DNA of 63,969 nucleotides, filler included, from Octopus bimaculoides (GCF_001194135.2; 4 parts of 4 records of this genome joined end to end with filler, not necessarily neighbours in it), one strand, 5' to 3'; shown: positions 23,136 through 38,739, counted from the first letter of the whole stretch. Made by a program: numbers and translations. The notes: generated by a model not told the origin, from the sequence alone.

Positions 23136-23149
23136 TAACAATAAGGTAA

Positions 23150-23660
23150 AAGTGTTACCATCCTCTGGGATTTTCTAGTCAACACCGACAGAGCGATCCA
23201 ATCGAACAGACATAATTATTAAAGACAGGGAAGAAATTACTTGTAGACTAACAGATGTGTTTTCACAGATAAAGATATATTTGTAAAGGAATTTGACAAA
23301 TTAAGTAAATATAAGGACCCGCATATTGAAATATAACAGACGTGGCATGTTAAAGCGAGAACTGCTCCTGTTTTTGTGAGTGCCCTAGGTATGAGAAGAA
23401 AGGGATGTCAGACACATTTAAATGATATCCCAGGATAACCATGTCTCAAAGAAATCCAAGACATTGTGCTGACAAGTACTGCCCTCATCCTTGGAAAAAC
23501 TTTATCCATTTAAACGTCTGTGTTGTATTACCTGAAGTTATTTCGCTATTGCCTCTGCCACTTCCCCTTCCCAAGCTTTCATTCAAACTGTAACTTCTCT
23601 TATCCTTCACTAACCCCCGTGACACTGGATGTGCAAAAGCTGTAAAACAACTAAAATCCA
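23150..23660 (+). mobile_element. R4/Dong-like LINE 3' end, second family
   Basis: Decayed frame NRTDIIIKDREE...KEFDKLSKYKD...APVFVSALG...CLKEIQDIVLTSTALILGKTLSI* (PD-(D/E)xK endonuclease tail). Confidence 0.75.
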
Positions 23661-24221
23661 ATCTAAAACTGGAACAGCAATGGATCATGATAAAACGATG
23701 CCAAGAAAAGTCCCATCGTGGAAAATATTGGGTTACGCTCAACTGAAAAGAAATAGACAAACCCGTCGTCGTTTTTTCCATCATCCACATCCTTGTTGTC
23801 ATTTATGTCGTCGTCCTTACCACCATCCTCATCATTACTGGAATCTATTTCCTCATCGTTGCCAGCATCCTCATCATTATTTTCATTGACGTCATCATCG
23901 TTGCCCTCATCTTCTTCCTCGTCAACTCCTGGAGTCTACCTTTCCGAGTGTCACTTGAACATAAAATGACTGGCCTCGTGCTAAACTTTATAACCATTCT
24001 TTCTGAATGAAGTAATTACATTTCAGCGAAATAATTACTGATGCAAATTTGCCTGACGAATTAAACTGCGTCTAGGTTTGTATCGCCTCTCTGTAGCTAC
24101 TACTGTTTTGCCTCGCCATGCACAAGAGTAGAGGGAAGTTTTTCACAATACACATACGAAAATAAATTACAAAATAACTCGTGACATCTCGCTACCAAAA
24201 TCACCAGGAAAACGATTCTTA

Positions 24222-24230
24222 ACTTACCTG
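24222..24230 (-). promoter_or_regulatory. Candidate 5' splice donor of a probably non-coding exon on the minus strand
   Basis: Perfect CAG|GTAAGT (exon ends at 24228) in non-repetitive, CpG-retaining sequence. No coding frame recognised upstream. Confidence 0.3.
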
Positions 24231-27036
24231 GTCACCTATCAATTACCGTTCCAACACACTTTTAAAACAAATTAAAAAAAAAACGAAAGGGACTGAGTTG
24301 AATGAAAAATCTAAAATCAAGGTTTTCATATAATTGGACAACGCAGTTGTCAGTATCGTAACGGTTGGCTGTGAAGATATATTTCGTAAAATAATTATAG
24401 ATGCTTCTAAAAGACATCTCTATCTCGAGATAAAATATAAAAAGTACAACCACGATTACGGACTGGAAATAATGAACCTCATAAAAACCAGAGTTAACCC
24501 CAAACACAATACACCAAAACTACATACAACTGAAATACAACGCAGCATCAAACAAAGAAAGAAATAAGAGAGAAAATAACGGTAGAAAAAGAGAAAGTAT
24601 CTAATATAAACCATAAAACTGGCAGTAAAACGTTATATATTGTAATTAGCAGCATAACAACAACAACAACATCAACAACCACTCGAACTTCCATGTCATA
24701 GTAGCTGATTCAGTTGATATAAATGTACTGAAACATCATGAAAACTCCGTTATCGAAAATTTCTGGTAAACCAGCCACAAAACCGATCACAATGACAGGA
24801 GTAAATATGAAAAATATACACATATTTAGATCACGGTTTCAATCTCTTTTATCAGACATATAAAAAGGTTTATGAATATCTAAAATTCTCAAAGGTTTCA
24901 GTTTAAGATGTTTAGATCCGAAACATGCATGTTTAAATACATTGGGATTGAATCACTGTCAGATACTTAGGCCAGGAATCAATGTACTCATAAATTTACA
25001 TCTAGTCGTAGCGACACATTTAATTTCTCAGTATCTGGAATCAATCGTCAGATCCATCTTAAACAATCAGACTAGTGGACAATCACTTGTCACGCTCTTA
25101 TTGACTCCACATTCCCTCAACCAATGGAGCCATCACTAAGATCTGCGGACGGAAGTAGACTGGACAATTGGAGAATGTGAAACTTATCGCGCTACACTTA
25201 TACGATCTCTAACTTTAAGTAGCCATAGGCAGAATCACAGAGCATACGGAGATAGAGTGGACGGCATTGAAGTATGTACAATACATCTAACCCGTCACAC
25301 TTTCTGTCTCATAAGATCCGTGAATGTGTGTTAGTATAGTCCTCAGCTAGTTGTAAACATAGGATAATTGAGAAGATGAAAGTGTAGGCCTTATGTTGCT
25401 GTCAGCCTCACAACCTGCATGGCATGGAAATGTCCATCCTGGGTTGTCCCGAGTCTACTCAACCAAACAAATACATTTTTGGAACAACCAACAAGTGACC
25501 CTCTACAAGTTTGTTCAGGCTGACTGCAGCCAAAATCTCCTTTACACGCTGCTTGTATTTAAATAGCAATGACTCTTTAAATAATTTATGTTCCACTGCC
25601 TGAAAAATAAAGTAGGTTGGTCACGGTCAGAAAGTCTTTGAACATATGTATGCTCTATCAGGTTTGACCTGGGTTTTAAACAACAAGAACAACAACTAGA
25701 GAACTTAAAGACTACCCAAAAGTTAGTGAATTGATACATTCGCTTGAAAGGTGGGCGTAATGTCTTGGCCTATTTATTTCGACTGTCTGCGCTCTTAATT
25801 CAATTCACAGTGAGGTCACTTTCACATTTCATCCTTTTAGGTGACGATGAAGAAGAAGAAATCCTTAGCGATGAATTGGTAGAACTATAAGAGGGTCGGC
25901 CTTGTAGTATCTGTTCCAGTTCTTCTTGATCAGATGCGAAATCCTGCAAGCCTCTCAACACACAACGATGGGGCGGAGAGAGGAGGCTTGCATGTGAAAA
26001 TAAATACCAGACTTCTTCAAAAATTATTGTTCAGATTTTGGCATACACATGCAAAAGCATGGTGAGCCTCGATCTATTTTTCTGCCATCCAGCTTGAAAT
26101 AATCTAAATGAAGATATTTTTGCCATGAACATATCGATGTATACCTCTAATGAATATGAACTCCGTATGGGATTAGAGAGTACCATGGCTGAGTGATTAG
26201 AAGTCGCTGGTCACAACTATGTGGTTTCAGGCTGGATCCAACTCCGCAACAATTTGCTAGATTATGTGCATTTATCATTGCCTCATCAGGGCCACCGGGA
26301 GAAATTTGTGAAGGTCGAACTCGAGTGCTTTCTATCTAAAACCTGCAACAGTTTTAATAAATTTTATACGTGATGTAAGCTTTCCGCCTCTTTAGAGATG
26401 AATCGAGCTGGCAGTGAATGAATCGGCTTTGAATCGCTATGCTTCGGAACAGTATATCAGCTGAATTTCTTTCTGATTGAGACTAGATATTGTCGAAATA
26501 ATACTGTTCCTGTGTTTATATATTTCATTGGTGTTTCTGTTATTATTCAGACTTTCGTTCTGTAGAACAGGATTATGTCAATACAATTCCAGTAGAATAC
26601 AATTTAAATCCTATCTTTGACGGAAAAATTGCAAATAGACTGGAGTAAAATTGTGTAATGCTATCAATATTAATTGAGAGAGAGAGAGAGTGTGAGAATG
26701 AGAGAGGAGAGAGACAAAGGAAGAAAGGGAGGGAAAAGAAATACAAAGAGTCAACATTTATGTTTCGTGAAGTGGAAGAATAAGAAATGTGTGATATTCA
26801 TTTCATGAAGTTTTGTCTAAAAGTAGTTGTAGAGTCAAACAAGTCATTTAAAATAGGAAGAGAATGGGAAAGAGGTGTGAAAGGATGGAATAGAATGAAA
26901 GGAAGGATAGAAAGCGGAGGGATGTGTGAGGAGAGCTCGTAAGGATAGGGATGTAATGGGGATGTAGGTAAGTGCAATAGTGAAAGAAATATAAACAGGA
27001 TAAGAGGAAAGAAAATGGTAAGGAGGTAGAATATCG

Positions 27037-27460
<424 letters not shown>

Positions 27461-28081
27461 AACGTTTCGTTATCTCCAAGAATAAGAAATGTTTGATAAG
27501 AATTTCATAAAATAGAGACATGATTTGAAAACTATTATGGAAACTGACAGAGTAACTTTATCACGTTCACACCTTCAGTTTATATATTCTTTTGGCCGTT
27601 TCTCCTGACAACATTAAACAATAACAACATTTGAGAAGAGAGATTTCTTTTTATTGTTGTAAGTGTATCACTGCAGGTGTCTGAACGTAAAGTGAGAGTC
27701 AAGTGAGAAGAAGAAGAAAAAAAGACGTAAGAATAATTGTAAATAACAGGATACTAAGTTAAAAACAGGGGGTAAAATGAATGTGTATAGATGTAGATGT
27801 ACACACACACACAAACACACACACACATACATACACACGCACACACACACACACTTACTCATACACATATTCTTATATGTAAATTTGTACGTATGCATAT
27901 CTCAACGTATACGCAGGCACACAGATATATATATACATACGTGTATATTTTTCTGCGAATGAAATACATATACATTCATATCCATATGGACATATACGTA
28001 TGCATACACACATACATTAATATATATGTTTGTATATAGAAATACATAAATGTATATGCACATATATATGCATGTATGTGC

Positions 28082-28128
<47 letters not shown>

Positions 28129-28148
28129 CATACATATATATGTATACC

Positions 28149-28186
<38 letters not shown>

Positions 28187-28361
28187 CGTATATATGTATG
28201 TATATATGTATATATACATATATATATATATGTATATATATATATATGTATATACATACATACATGCACAAGTACATTTATAAATACATAAATATTAATG
28301 TATATAAATATATGTGTATATATAAGAAAAATAAGTATTTCTCCATCTACGTATATGTATT

Positions 28362-28398
<37 letters not shown>

Positions 28399-28408
28399 NN
28401 NNNNNNNN

Positions 28409-28442
<34 letters not shown>

Positions 28443-29253
28443 CATACATACGCATGTTACTATGTATGCATATAAATACATATATGCATAGGTGGGCATA
28501 TATATACATGTATACATACACGTATATACATACGCGCATTTGCAATAACGTTAAGAAAACTAATACAAGAACTAATAAATAAACAACAACACAAATAAAA
28601 AAAGACAAACTACGCAAATAAACAAGTGAACAAACAGATCTTAAGAATAACAGAGCTTCAAACAGTTATTTCTGTTATTTCTCGCTAAAGCGAAGTTCAC
28701 AAGATCATGAACTCTAGTGCAGATTGCACTAACAATAAAGCAATTTTCAGCATTGTCTCTGCTCTCACAGACCGAACAGTTCAAACATCTCAATGATAAT
28801 TCTACGAGTTTTATCAGTTTTATTTGATTTAGAGAATTTCCATTTCTTCAGGCTTCTTAATAATATCTCATCGTTATAATATAGCTGTCTGTTGCTTATA
28901 AAATATTGCGCTAAGTTTGGGAAGTGAAATGTATCCCCACACATACACAAACACCAACACAAAGACACACACATATATTCACACACAAACATACATAGGT
29001 AGATAGATACATACATACAACATATAAATATATATATATATATATATATACATACATACATATATATATANNNNNNNNNNNNNNNNNNNNNNNNNNNNNN
29101 NNNNNNNNNNNNNNNNNNNNNNNNNNNNNNNNNNNNNNNNNNNNNNNNNNNNTACATATATGTATACATATATATATACATATATATATATATATGTGTG
29201 TGTGAGTGTGCATATATAGACATATATGCAGGCACACACACGCGCGCACACAC

Positions 29254-29305
<52 letters not shown>

Positions 29306-30986
29306 GCATATATGGGTCTATCTGCCAATCTATCTATTTATCTAACTCTATATGCATGCGTACATTTGCACGCAAATAAGCACATATATGCATACACATA
29401 TACACACACTGCCCTTGTGGCAAAAATTTGAAATAATTATTGTTATTATTATATTCCTTCCGAAGGTGGCAAGCTGGTACAATGTTAGCTCTCTGGATAA
29501 AATGTTAAGCGGCATTTCGTCCGTCTTTATGTTCTGAGTTCAAATCCCACCAAGGCCGACTTTACCTTTGATCCCTTCGGTGTCAATAAAATAAGTACCA
29601 GTGAAATCTTGGTGTCAATGTAATCGACTATTTCCCTCCCGCCAAATTCCAGGCCTTGTGCCTATAGTAGAAAGAATTATCATATTCCTTCCAGAAGGTG
29701 ACGAGCGGATAGAATTGTTAGCAAACCAGGAAACATGCTCAACGGTCTTTCGTCCGTGTTTACGTTCTGAGTTCAAACTCCGCCGAGGTCGAATTTTCCT
29801 TGTATTCTTTCGAGGTCTATAGAATAAGTACTAGTCACGCACTTAGCTCGATGTTATCAACAAGCTCCATATCCCCAAATTTCAGGCCTTGAGCCTTTAA
29901 TGGATAGAAATATATTTCTTCTGCCTTTATGTTTTAGGTACAAATTCCTCCGACGAAGGCCTCGCGTTTCATCCTTTCCACTGAGAAATGACTCACCTAT
30001 CACCGTTTTCTCCTGGTTCTTAGTTGGCCATTAAACTCATAGAGCGCCATCAAAGTCAAATAAAATACTGATAGTGAAAATGAGCAATGCCCCAATAGTT
30101 CAAATTTCTGTTTCTTTCGTTCGTTTATTATTTTTTCTTAAGATTTCAACTGTGTGAACAACAGTTTAATATCAGGCACCGCGATGCAGCAAGAAAACAC
30201 TCGTCAAGAATTGTCCTCGGTGTTTGCTTGAAGCTGCAGACCTTACTATCTCATGCATCATCTCAATATAACAAGGAATGCTTCGGTGTTGACCTTGATC
30301 AGTCGGCAGTATGGCTAAGAAGCTCGCTTGGCAACCATGAGGTTTCGGGTTCAGAATCCACTGCTTAATACATGTCCTACTATGTACCCGGATAGGTCAA
30401 CGCCATGTGGATGGATCTAACAGACCGTAACTGCATGGAAGTCAATCGTTTATGTGTGTATGTGTGTATGTGTGTGCATTTGTATTTGTGAGTGTGTGTT
30501 CGTGCGTGTATGTATGCGTTCGTCTCTTCACTACAACTTGACGACCGATGATGGTTGTTTATGAGTTCGTAATAAGTCCAAGGGCCAATCTGTTCGAATA
30601 GGACCCTTCAAGGCAGATTTCATAACGCTTGTTTCAGGAGTTTTATTTGCTGTATAATCGAACTCATAATTCACAATGGTTACAACAGCAAAATCAGTTT
30701 GGATGAATTCAGATGTAGAACGTTGAATGATTTCCATATTAGCATTGAAACCTCGTCAGTAGTTTATAATTAGTTCAACAGAAACATTACACTGACTCAT
30801 TCAGTGTTGTTACCTCCACAAGACGCAACCGGGCATCCAGTCTTTCTTTCTGTTATTAATACATAGGCATAGCATGTCAGCCTCTCTGTCTGCTTGCATG
30901 TATGTAGGCATGTACACATTTATGTACAAATGTATGTATGTATATATGTACCAATGTATCTCTTTCTGTCTTTCTGTCTCTCTCTT

Positions 30987-31051
<65 letters not shown>

Positions 31052-32016
31052 NNNNNNNNNNNNNNNNNNNNNNNNNNNNNNNNNNNNNNNNNNNNNNNNN
31101 NNNNNNNNNNNNNNNNNNNNNNNNNNNNNNNNNNNNNNNNNNNNNNNNNNNNNNNNNNNNNNNNNNNNNNNNNNNNNNNNNNNNNNNNNNNNNNNNNNNN
31201 NNNNNNNNNNNNNNNNNNNNNNNNNNNNNNNNNNNNNNNNNNNNNNNNNNNNNNNNNNNNNNNNNNNNNNNNNNNNNNNNNNNNNNNNNNNNNNNNNNNN
31301 NNNNNNNNNNNNNNNNNNNNNNNNNNNNNNNNNNNNNNNNNNNNNNNNNNNNNNNNNNNNNNNNNNNNNNNNNNNNNNNNNNNNNNNNNNNNNNNNNNNN
31401 NNNNNNNNNNNNNNNNNNNNNNNNNNNNNNNNNNNNNNNNNNNNNNNNNNNNNNNNNNNNNNNNNNNNNNNNNNNNNNNNNNNNNNNNNNNNNNNNNNNN
31501 NNNNNNNNNNNNNNNNNNNNNNNNNNNNNNNNNNNNNNNNNNNNNNNNNNNNNNNNNNNNNNNNNNNNNNNNNNNNNNNNNNNNNNNNNNNNNNNNNNNN
31601 NNNNNNNNNNNNNNNNNNNNNNNNNNNNNNNNNNNNNNNNNNNNNNNNNNNNNNNNNNNNNNNNNNNNNNNNNNNNNNNNNNNNNNNNNNNNNNNNNNNN
31701 NNNNNNNNNNNNNNNNNNNNNNNNNNNNNNNNNNNNNNNNNNNNNNNNNNNNNNNNNNNNNNNNNNNNNNNNNNNNNNNNNNNNNNNNNNNNNNNNNNNN
31801 NNNNNNNNNNNNNNNNNNNNNNNNNNNNNNNNNNNNNNNNNNNNNNNNNNNNNNNNNNNNNNNNNNNNNNNNNNNNNNNNNNNNNNNNNNNNNNNNNNNN
31901 NNNNNNNNNNNNNNNNNNNNNNNNNNNNNNNNNNNNNNNNNNNNNNNNNNNNNNNNNNNNNNNNNNNNNNNNNNNNNNNNNNNNNNNNNNNNNNNNNNNN
32001 NNNNNNNNNNNNNNNN

Positions 32017-32051
<35 letters not shown>

Positions 32052-33903
32052 TGTATGTATGTATGTATGTATGCGTGTATGTATGCATATATATATATAT
32101 TTGTATATATATATATATATATATAATTATTTATGGTCACTTTAATGGATCTAAGAGACGGCGATACTCTACCATTTAACCCCAGGTAGACATCTCCTCC
32201 AGCTAGTTTATTCAGCACTCTTCTCGTACTCAAAATTTCAGGCAGTAAGAGACTACTCCTGCTATCCTAGCTCTTAGACCACTAGACCATTTGCTTTGAG
32301 TCTGCATTGGCTCTCTTCGGTAGTGGATACTCGTTCGCCAGGTATGGTAGCATTTTAACCTCGCTTGCAATTTATAGAATATACAGTGTTGTACAATCAC
32401 TGATTTTGTAACTCGGATAACAAACTAAAAATTCTACATTACGACAATTAGAAACAGAGAAATAGAATCTGAAAATGGTTATTTTTGAATTCAACTATTG
32501 ATGACGTCACTGGGTAACTAAAGAAAAAATGGGAACATAAGAATTCTACGTTATGATTATTAGAAACAAAGGTTTTACCTCACAACAATTAGTTATCTAT
32601 TTATTAAATGTATTAAACCTTTTAGTATAATTAACCTTATATAATGTATCAAAATCTACTATACTTAAGATTTGAAATTCTTGAATGTCTTTCGAAATTT
32701 ATGGCAACATTTTATTGTAAACTTTGCATTGAACTTAAATGAAAAGTAATTATATAATCAATTCTTTCAAGGCAAAGATCACATGTAGAATTGCCAGTAT
32801 TGTTCGATGGTGCATAACTAATAATGCATCACTTTAAATCATATTTCATGTTCCTATGTTTTAAATCGCAAATGCATTTACTAAGATTCGTAGAATAACT
32901 TTTTCTTTTATACTTCAATGAATAGAAATGATTATGAAATCTAGATTTATAAATTGTAAGAGATGAATCAGTGTGATAATACTTACAGTCTCCTGTCATT
33001 ACTTTACACTGAGAAGCTATATTTTCCTTGAAGATTCATTTATAAAGGGCATCCTATCTTGTTCTTACAATTAAATAGGCGTCTATTAACTTGTATTTGA
33101 TATTCATAGATAAACGTATTTTTATTCGGTCTCTCTGAAATAGGCGTTCAGTTGTGATTATTTTTATTACAATTAATATTAAAGGTAGGTGATAACCTGA
33201 TATCAGAGTAGTAAGTACTTACAGAATAGAGACCTAATTCAGAAAGGTTATCATTAGAGTTAATTTTACTTATGACGAGCTTCTACACAATCTCCATCTA
33301 CCAAATTCACTCACAAGCTGTGGTTATATGAGAAGACACACAAGACAGGACTGAATTCGAAATCTCCTGGCTGAAAAGCTAGCTTTTAAAGCTGATTGCT
33401 TCTATACAAAATCTATTTGTTCATTGATATTTATTGATATTTATTGATATTTATTGACTTTTATTGATATGCATTGACAGTACACAAAAATCTGTTCGAT
33501 TTTTTTCTTCATTGAACATTACACTACCAGTGCATGCTGCCATAGTTGAAATGAACTATTTCAAATGATGAAATTTCATCCTCCAGTCGAGTATCTTCCT
33601 CGGTCTAGAGTACCTTTGCTTAATATTTCGAATTGCTGACGATTACACCGGTTTCATAAATATAGTGCATGGGTCAGAAATTATATTTCCTTAAACCTTT
33701 ATTTATAGGTGTGTAATTATATATCTACATGTCTGATTTTCTGTCTCTATGTATTTACACAGACGTATGTATGTTTGTATGTCCTTATTCAGCTTTATTT
33801 CAAGATTTCTAGCCAAGAGAGAGAAAGGCGGTTTCCGACTTAGATACGAGAACCCTTCACTGGAATTGCAACAACGACAGCACATTTTTGTATATATATA
33901 CAC

Positions 33904-33937
<34 letters not shown>

Positions 33938-34240
33938 NNNNNNNNNNNNNNNNNNNNNNNNNNNNNNNNNNNNNNNNNNNNNNNNNNNNNNNNNNNNNNN
34001 NNNNNNNNNNNNNNNNNNNNNTATATATATATATATATATATATTCAGCAATATAGTTGCATGTCTAGACAAGCTCATATATACTTAAATGTTTAACTTC
34101 TGATACGTTTTACAGATATTTACAGTTCTAGTGATGGTTTGGATCTGTAGTCTTCGAATCAGCTTATGTATGCTTGTATGTATGTATGTATGTATGTATG
34201 TATGTATGTATATATGTATGTATGTACTTATGTATGTATG

Positions 34241-34311
<71 letters not shown>

Positions 34312-35173
34312 CATTTACTTATCTGCCTATCTATTCTGTGGCACATATGAATATACATAGACGTACAAGTATATATACACAGATGGGCAAAAGCGTTCAT
34401 AGGTTTATAGAATTGTATATATTCATATGCTTGTTCGACTGTCTGCTTCCATTTTTAATGCATTTAAGAATTTTATTGATACATAAACACACACATACAC
34501 ACACACATATACATACATACATACACATATGCATCTTCATGTTTCACTCGAAATCCACACAAATGTTTAACATGTTTTACGATAAACATATACACACTGT
34601 ACGTAGGTAGCTAAATACATGTATACGTACACTTATATAGTTATATATACGCATACCTTTTCACTGAAACACACTCACAAATGGTATATACACCCCGTAT
34701 ATGTATATACATATGCAGATCTTAAGGTACTAAAACATTTACATACAACCATTGCATACTCACTTTGTCATGCGAAGGGTCTCACGCATATATACATGAT
34801 CAGACATGGAAAAGTAAAGAATTGCACAGAGATAGGGGGAGAAGGAAAGAGCGAGACAGAGAGAAAGAGCGAGAGAGGAAGAGGGAGAGGGAGGGAGGTC
34901 ATAGATGTATAAATTTGTGTGCGTTTATACATGTAGACATGTAGATAAACATACACGAAGTTACAACTTCACATATATATAAAAACAGAGACAACAGTCG
35001 AGAATACGTCTCATATAAACACACACACACACACAAGCACGCACACACACACAAGCGCGCGCACACAGACGCACATAGCTACACACTGTGCTTTACATCA
35101 TTATTTTATGTGTATATATATATATATGTATAAATGGGCGGCGTGTGTATGTGTAGGTGTGTGTATGAGGGTG

Positions 35174-35205
<32 letters not shown>

Positions 35206-35499
35206 NNNNNNNNNNNNNNNNNNNNNNNNNNNNNNNNNNNNNNNNNNNNNNNNNNNNNNNNNNNNNNNNNNNNNNNNNNNNNNNNNNNNNNNNNNNNNNN
35301 NNNNNNNNNNNNNNNNNNNNNNNNNNNNNNNNNNNNNNNNNNNNNNNNNNNNNNNNNNNNNNNNNNNNNNNNNNNNNNNNNNNNNNNNNNNNNNNNNNNN
35401 NNNNNNNNNNNNNNNNNNNNNNNNNNNNNNNNNNNNNNNNNNNNNNNNNNNNNNCATATGTATGCATAAACACATCGCATGCATATAAAAATATGTATG

Positions 35500-35534
<35 letters not shown>

Positions 35535-35968
35535 GTATATATATATATTTATATGTACTACACTTTTGTCTTTTTTCTTTCTTTCACTCTTCAATATTTC
35601 CTACAATTTGCCGCTTGCCTGCTTCTCCCATTCCACACAGATAGCTCATTAGTTACTATTACTCCGAAGCTATATTTCAAACATTGGTGGCCACTGAACG
35701 CCAATTAGTTCCTGCTGCTATTTCTATGCATTCCAACAGTTGCATTTTGTACATTTTCCCCCTGTTTTTCTGTTATTTAATTCATTTATGTGTTCATTTT
35801 TTGTTTCTTTTCTTGTTTATTTTTTTGTTAATTTTTGGCTGAAACAAAAATTATCTAATTTTTCATCGCGTTGATGGTACACTTTAACCACTTCGAGCCG
35901 GCGAATTCCTCGCATGTATGTATGTATGTATGTATGTATGTATGTATGTATGTATGTANNNNNNNNNN

Positions 35969-36001
<33 letters not shown>

Positions 36002-36067
36002 CATGCATATATATATGTCTATATATATATATATGTATATATGTATGTACATATATATATATATCAA

Positions 36068-36710
36068 ATATTTATATAAGGGCATTACTATACAATAATG
36101 CCTCACGCTATGAGGGACTCTAAGGTCAGACTAACATAAAAAGCATTATTATTGTATAGTAATGCCCTTATATAAATATAAATATATATTTAGGGAATAA
36201 ATAATGGATTTTTCCCTTATGAGGTTTTTTCACGCTAACTACTTGGTAAATTCTTGTAAAAGAATTCGTCCTCTTATTGAATTTAAATATATTACCAGAA
36301 TATATTCAGTGCTGAATTTATTCTGAGAAAAAAGCATATTTACCGAGATGCAATTCGAAATTCCCGCCACTTACATAGGGAAATAGCGATGAACAGTCTT
36401 CTATATACTATATTGGATACACGATGTTCGTTTGGTATGTTGATTCTCTGTTTACTGGTATTTTCTTGTCCATATTATACTGACGAGTAGTGGTTGTATA
36501 ATACTACAATAACTACGAAATCATGATCTATAATTTTGTCTGTTTTTAAGGGGTTGGCTTTGGCGTGAGGTATTATTGTATAGTAATGCCCTTATATAAA
36601 TATAAATATATATTTCGGGAATAAATGATGGATTTTTTCCCTTATGAGGTTTTTTCACGCTAGCTACTTGCTAAATTCTTGTAAAAGAATTCGTCCTATT
36701 ATTGAATTTA
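36068..36710 (+). mobile_element. PLE/retrozyme-like insertion: inverted segment + partial tandem repeat around a hammerhead
   Basis: Direct repeats 36147-36285 and 36571-36710 (offset 424). 36068-36108 is the reverse complement of 36563-36603 (40/41). Microsatellites on both sides. Confidence 0.8.
36474..36534 (+). ncRNA. Type I hammerhead ribozyme, intact core
   Basis: Stem I ATTATA/TATAAT. Core CTGACGA (36480-36486). 12-bp stem II GTAGTGGTTGTA/TACAATAACTAC (one mismatch, one G-U, G10.1-C11.1 present) with loop TAATAC. GAAA (36517-36520). Palindromic stem III ATCATGAT. AUC triplet; predicted cut after C36528. Confidence 0.8.
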
Positions 36711-38739
36711 TATATATCAAATACATTTGTGATTACATACATACATTCATACATACATATATACATACACATACATATATATTTATGTGTGTAAGTATTT
36801 GTCTGTGTGTCTAAGCGCATTGTTTGTAGATTCACACCTAGTGTTCACAGCCGCCAAAATACAAACAGGATCAAATTCAGACATCCTTCTTGCACATAAC
36901 TATGCTTTTATATCCCATTTTTCGGAAAGAAAATATGCTTTCACTGTAGCAACCGATTCTTCACATACTCATATTATTTTAAATCTGTAGACATGGTACG
37001 AATAATTTTCGAAACAATATTTCCAGATAACTGTAAGCATTCTCACTAATTTGAATAAAGATTTTCTTGAAGACGTTACGAATATGATTTTGGTATTTGT
37101 TATTAAGTGATATCATAAACTGAAATCGTGAAAATGATATCATTACATATTCTAAGGCATTAGAGAATATATAGAATGTTATGAGAAAAATTGAAAGGAA
37201 GCTTGAAGGTGTAAAACGTCATTTGTTATAAACGATGTCAGTTCTTCTGATCGAAAATACTGGAAATAACATATTTCCCCTAAATTCAGTGAGAATTACG
37301 AACCGTTAGCATATGGCTGCGGAAACGTATTGTGGAGGAAACAAACCGAAAACCGTTTATCAAAACAAAATAATATGAATAAAAAGGAGTAAATTAAAAC
37401 AAGAAATAGAAACTAAAACCTGAGGAAAAACGGAGAAAGTAATATAAAGAAAATATGGGGGAAAAGCCACGTCTTCATGGTCAATATTCTAGAAAGCACA
37501 ACATAGAGGAAGTGAAGGGAAATGAAAACCGGTTCCAAATGTAACTGCATTAAAAAAGAATCCTTTAATTCCATACAAAACTATTCTTTAACTCACATTA
37601 AATCGGTTTGTATTTCGTGAGCGATACAATTGCTCAAATATTCTCAGCTGGTGTTTAATGACTTCCTATTGACAGATTGTTACTAAGTTGACGAGGGAGT
37701 GTGTCAGTAACAGGGTCGTTGTTGTGCAACGAAAATGTTGAAATAATGTTAGTAAAATTCTCAGATTTCAGTGTTATTGAATAGCTCATTCACGATGTAA
37801 TTGTTTCCTTTGTCCTGGTACAGAGTAAATATAGACATAGGATATATATGTATGCATGATACATAACATATATATATATATATATANNNNNNNNNNNNNN
37901 NNNNNNNNNNNNNNNNNNNNNNNNNNNNNNNNNNNNNNNNNNNNNNNNNNNNNNNNNNNNNNNNNNNNNNNNNNNNNNNNNNNNNNNNNNNNNNNNNNNN
38001 NNNNNNNNNNNNNNNNNNNNNNNNNNNNNNNNNNNNNNNNNNNNNNNNNNNNNNNNNNNNNNNNNNNNNNNNNNNNNNNNNNNNNNNNNNNNNNNNNNNN
38101 NNNNNNNNNNNNNNNNNNNNNNNNNNNNNNNNNNNNNNNNNNNNNNNNNNNNNNNNNNNNNNNNNNNNNNNNNNNNNNNNNNNNNNNNNNNNNNNNNNNN
38201 NNNNNNNNNNNNNNNNNNNNNNNNNNNNNNNNNNNNNNNNNNNNNNNNNNNNNNNNNNNNNNNNNNNNNNNNNNNNNNNNNNNNNNNNNNNNNNNNNNNN
38301 NNNNNNNNNNNNNNNNNNNNNNNNNNNNNNNNNNNNNNNNNNNNNNNNNNNNNNNNNNNNNNNNNNNNNNNNNNNNNNNNNNNNNNNNNNNNNNNNNNNN
38401 NNNNNNNNNNNNNNNNNNNNTATATATATATATATATTTGATTTAAGGCTGCCATTGGTTTCATGTTAAGAAAACGTACCTTAACACCTTAACACATTTT
38501 CACGCTGATCAGATGGAGAAATAGTGTTCATCTCCATTTTCCTTCAGTGAATATAGCGACGGGTGAAGGAACAACTTACAGAAAATGGAACAGCGAGTAA
38601 AGTATGTTTGCACCAACGGTTGCACACTTTGAGATACGCACATATATCTACAAATCTGTCTACACACACACACACACATGCACACACGTCACACACGCAC
38701 GCTGCATCTGTAATAGAGTGTGCTGCATCTGTAATAGAG

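Noticed and set aside
27902-28617. Many overlapping YI/CV/HT-rich ORFs here and throughout the window, and ORFs running through N gaps
   Set aside because: Products of (TA)n and (CA)n microsatellites or of unknown bases.
30277-30302. Minus-strand hammerhead-like CTGATCA-A-GGT(CAAC)ACC-GAAGC
   Set aside because: Two core substitutions and no convincing stem I; at best a relic.
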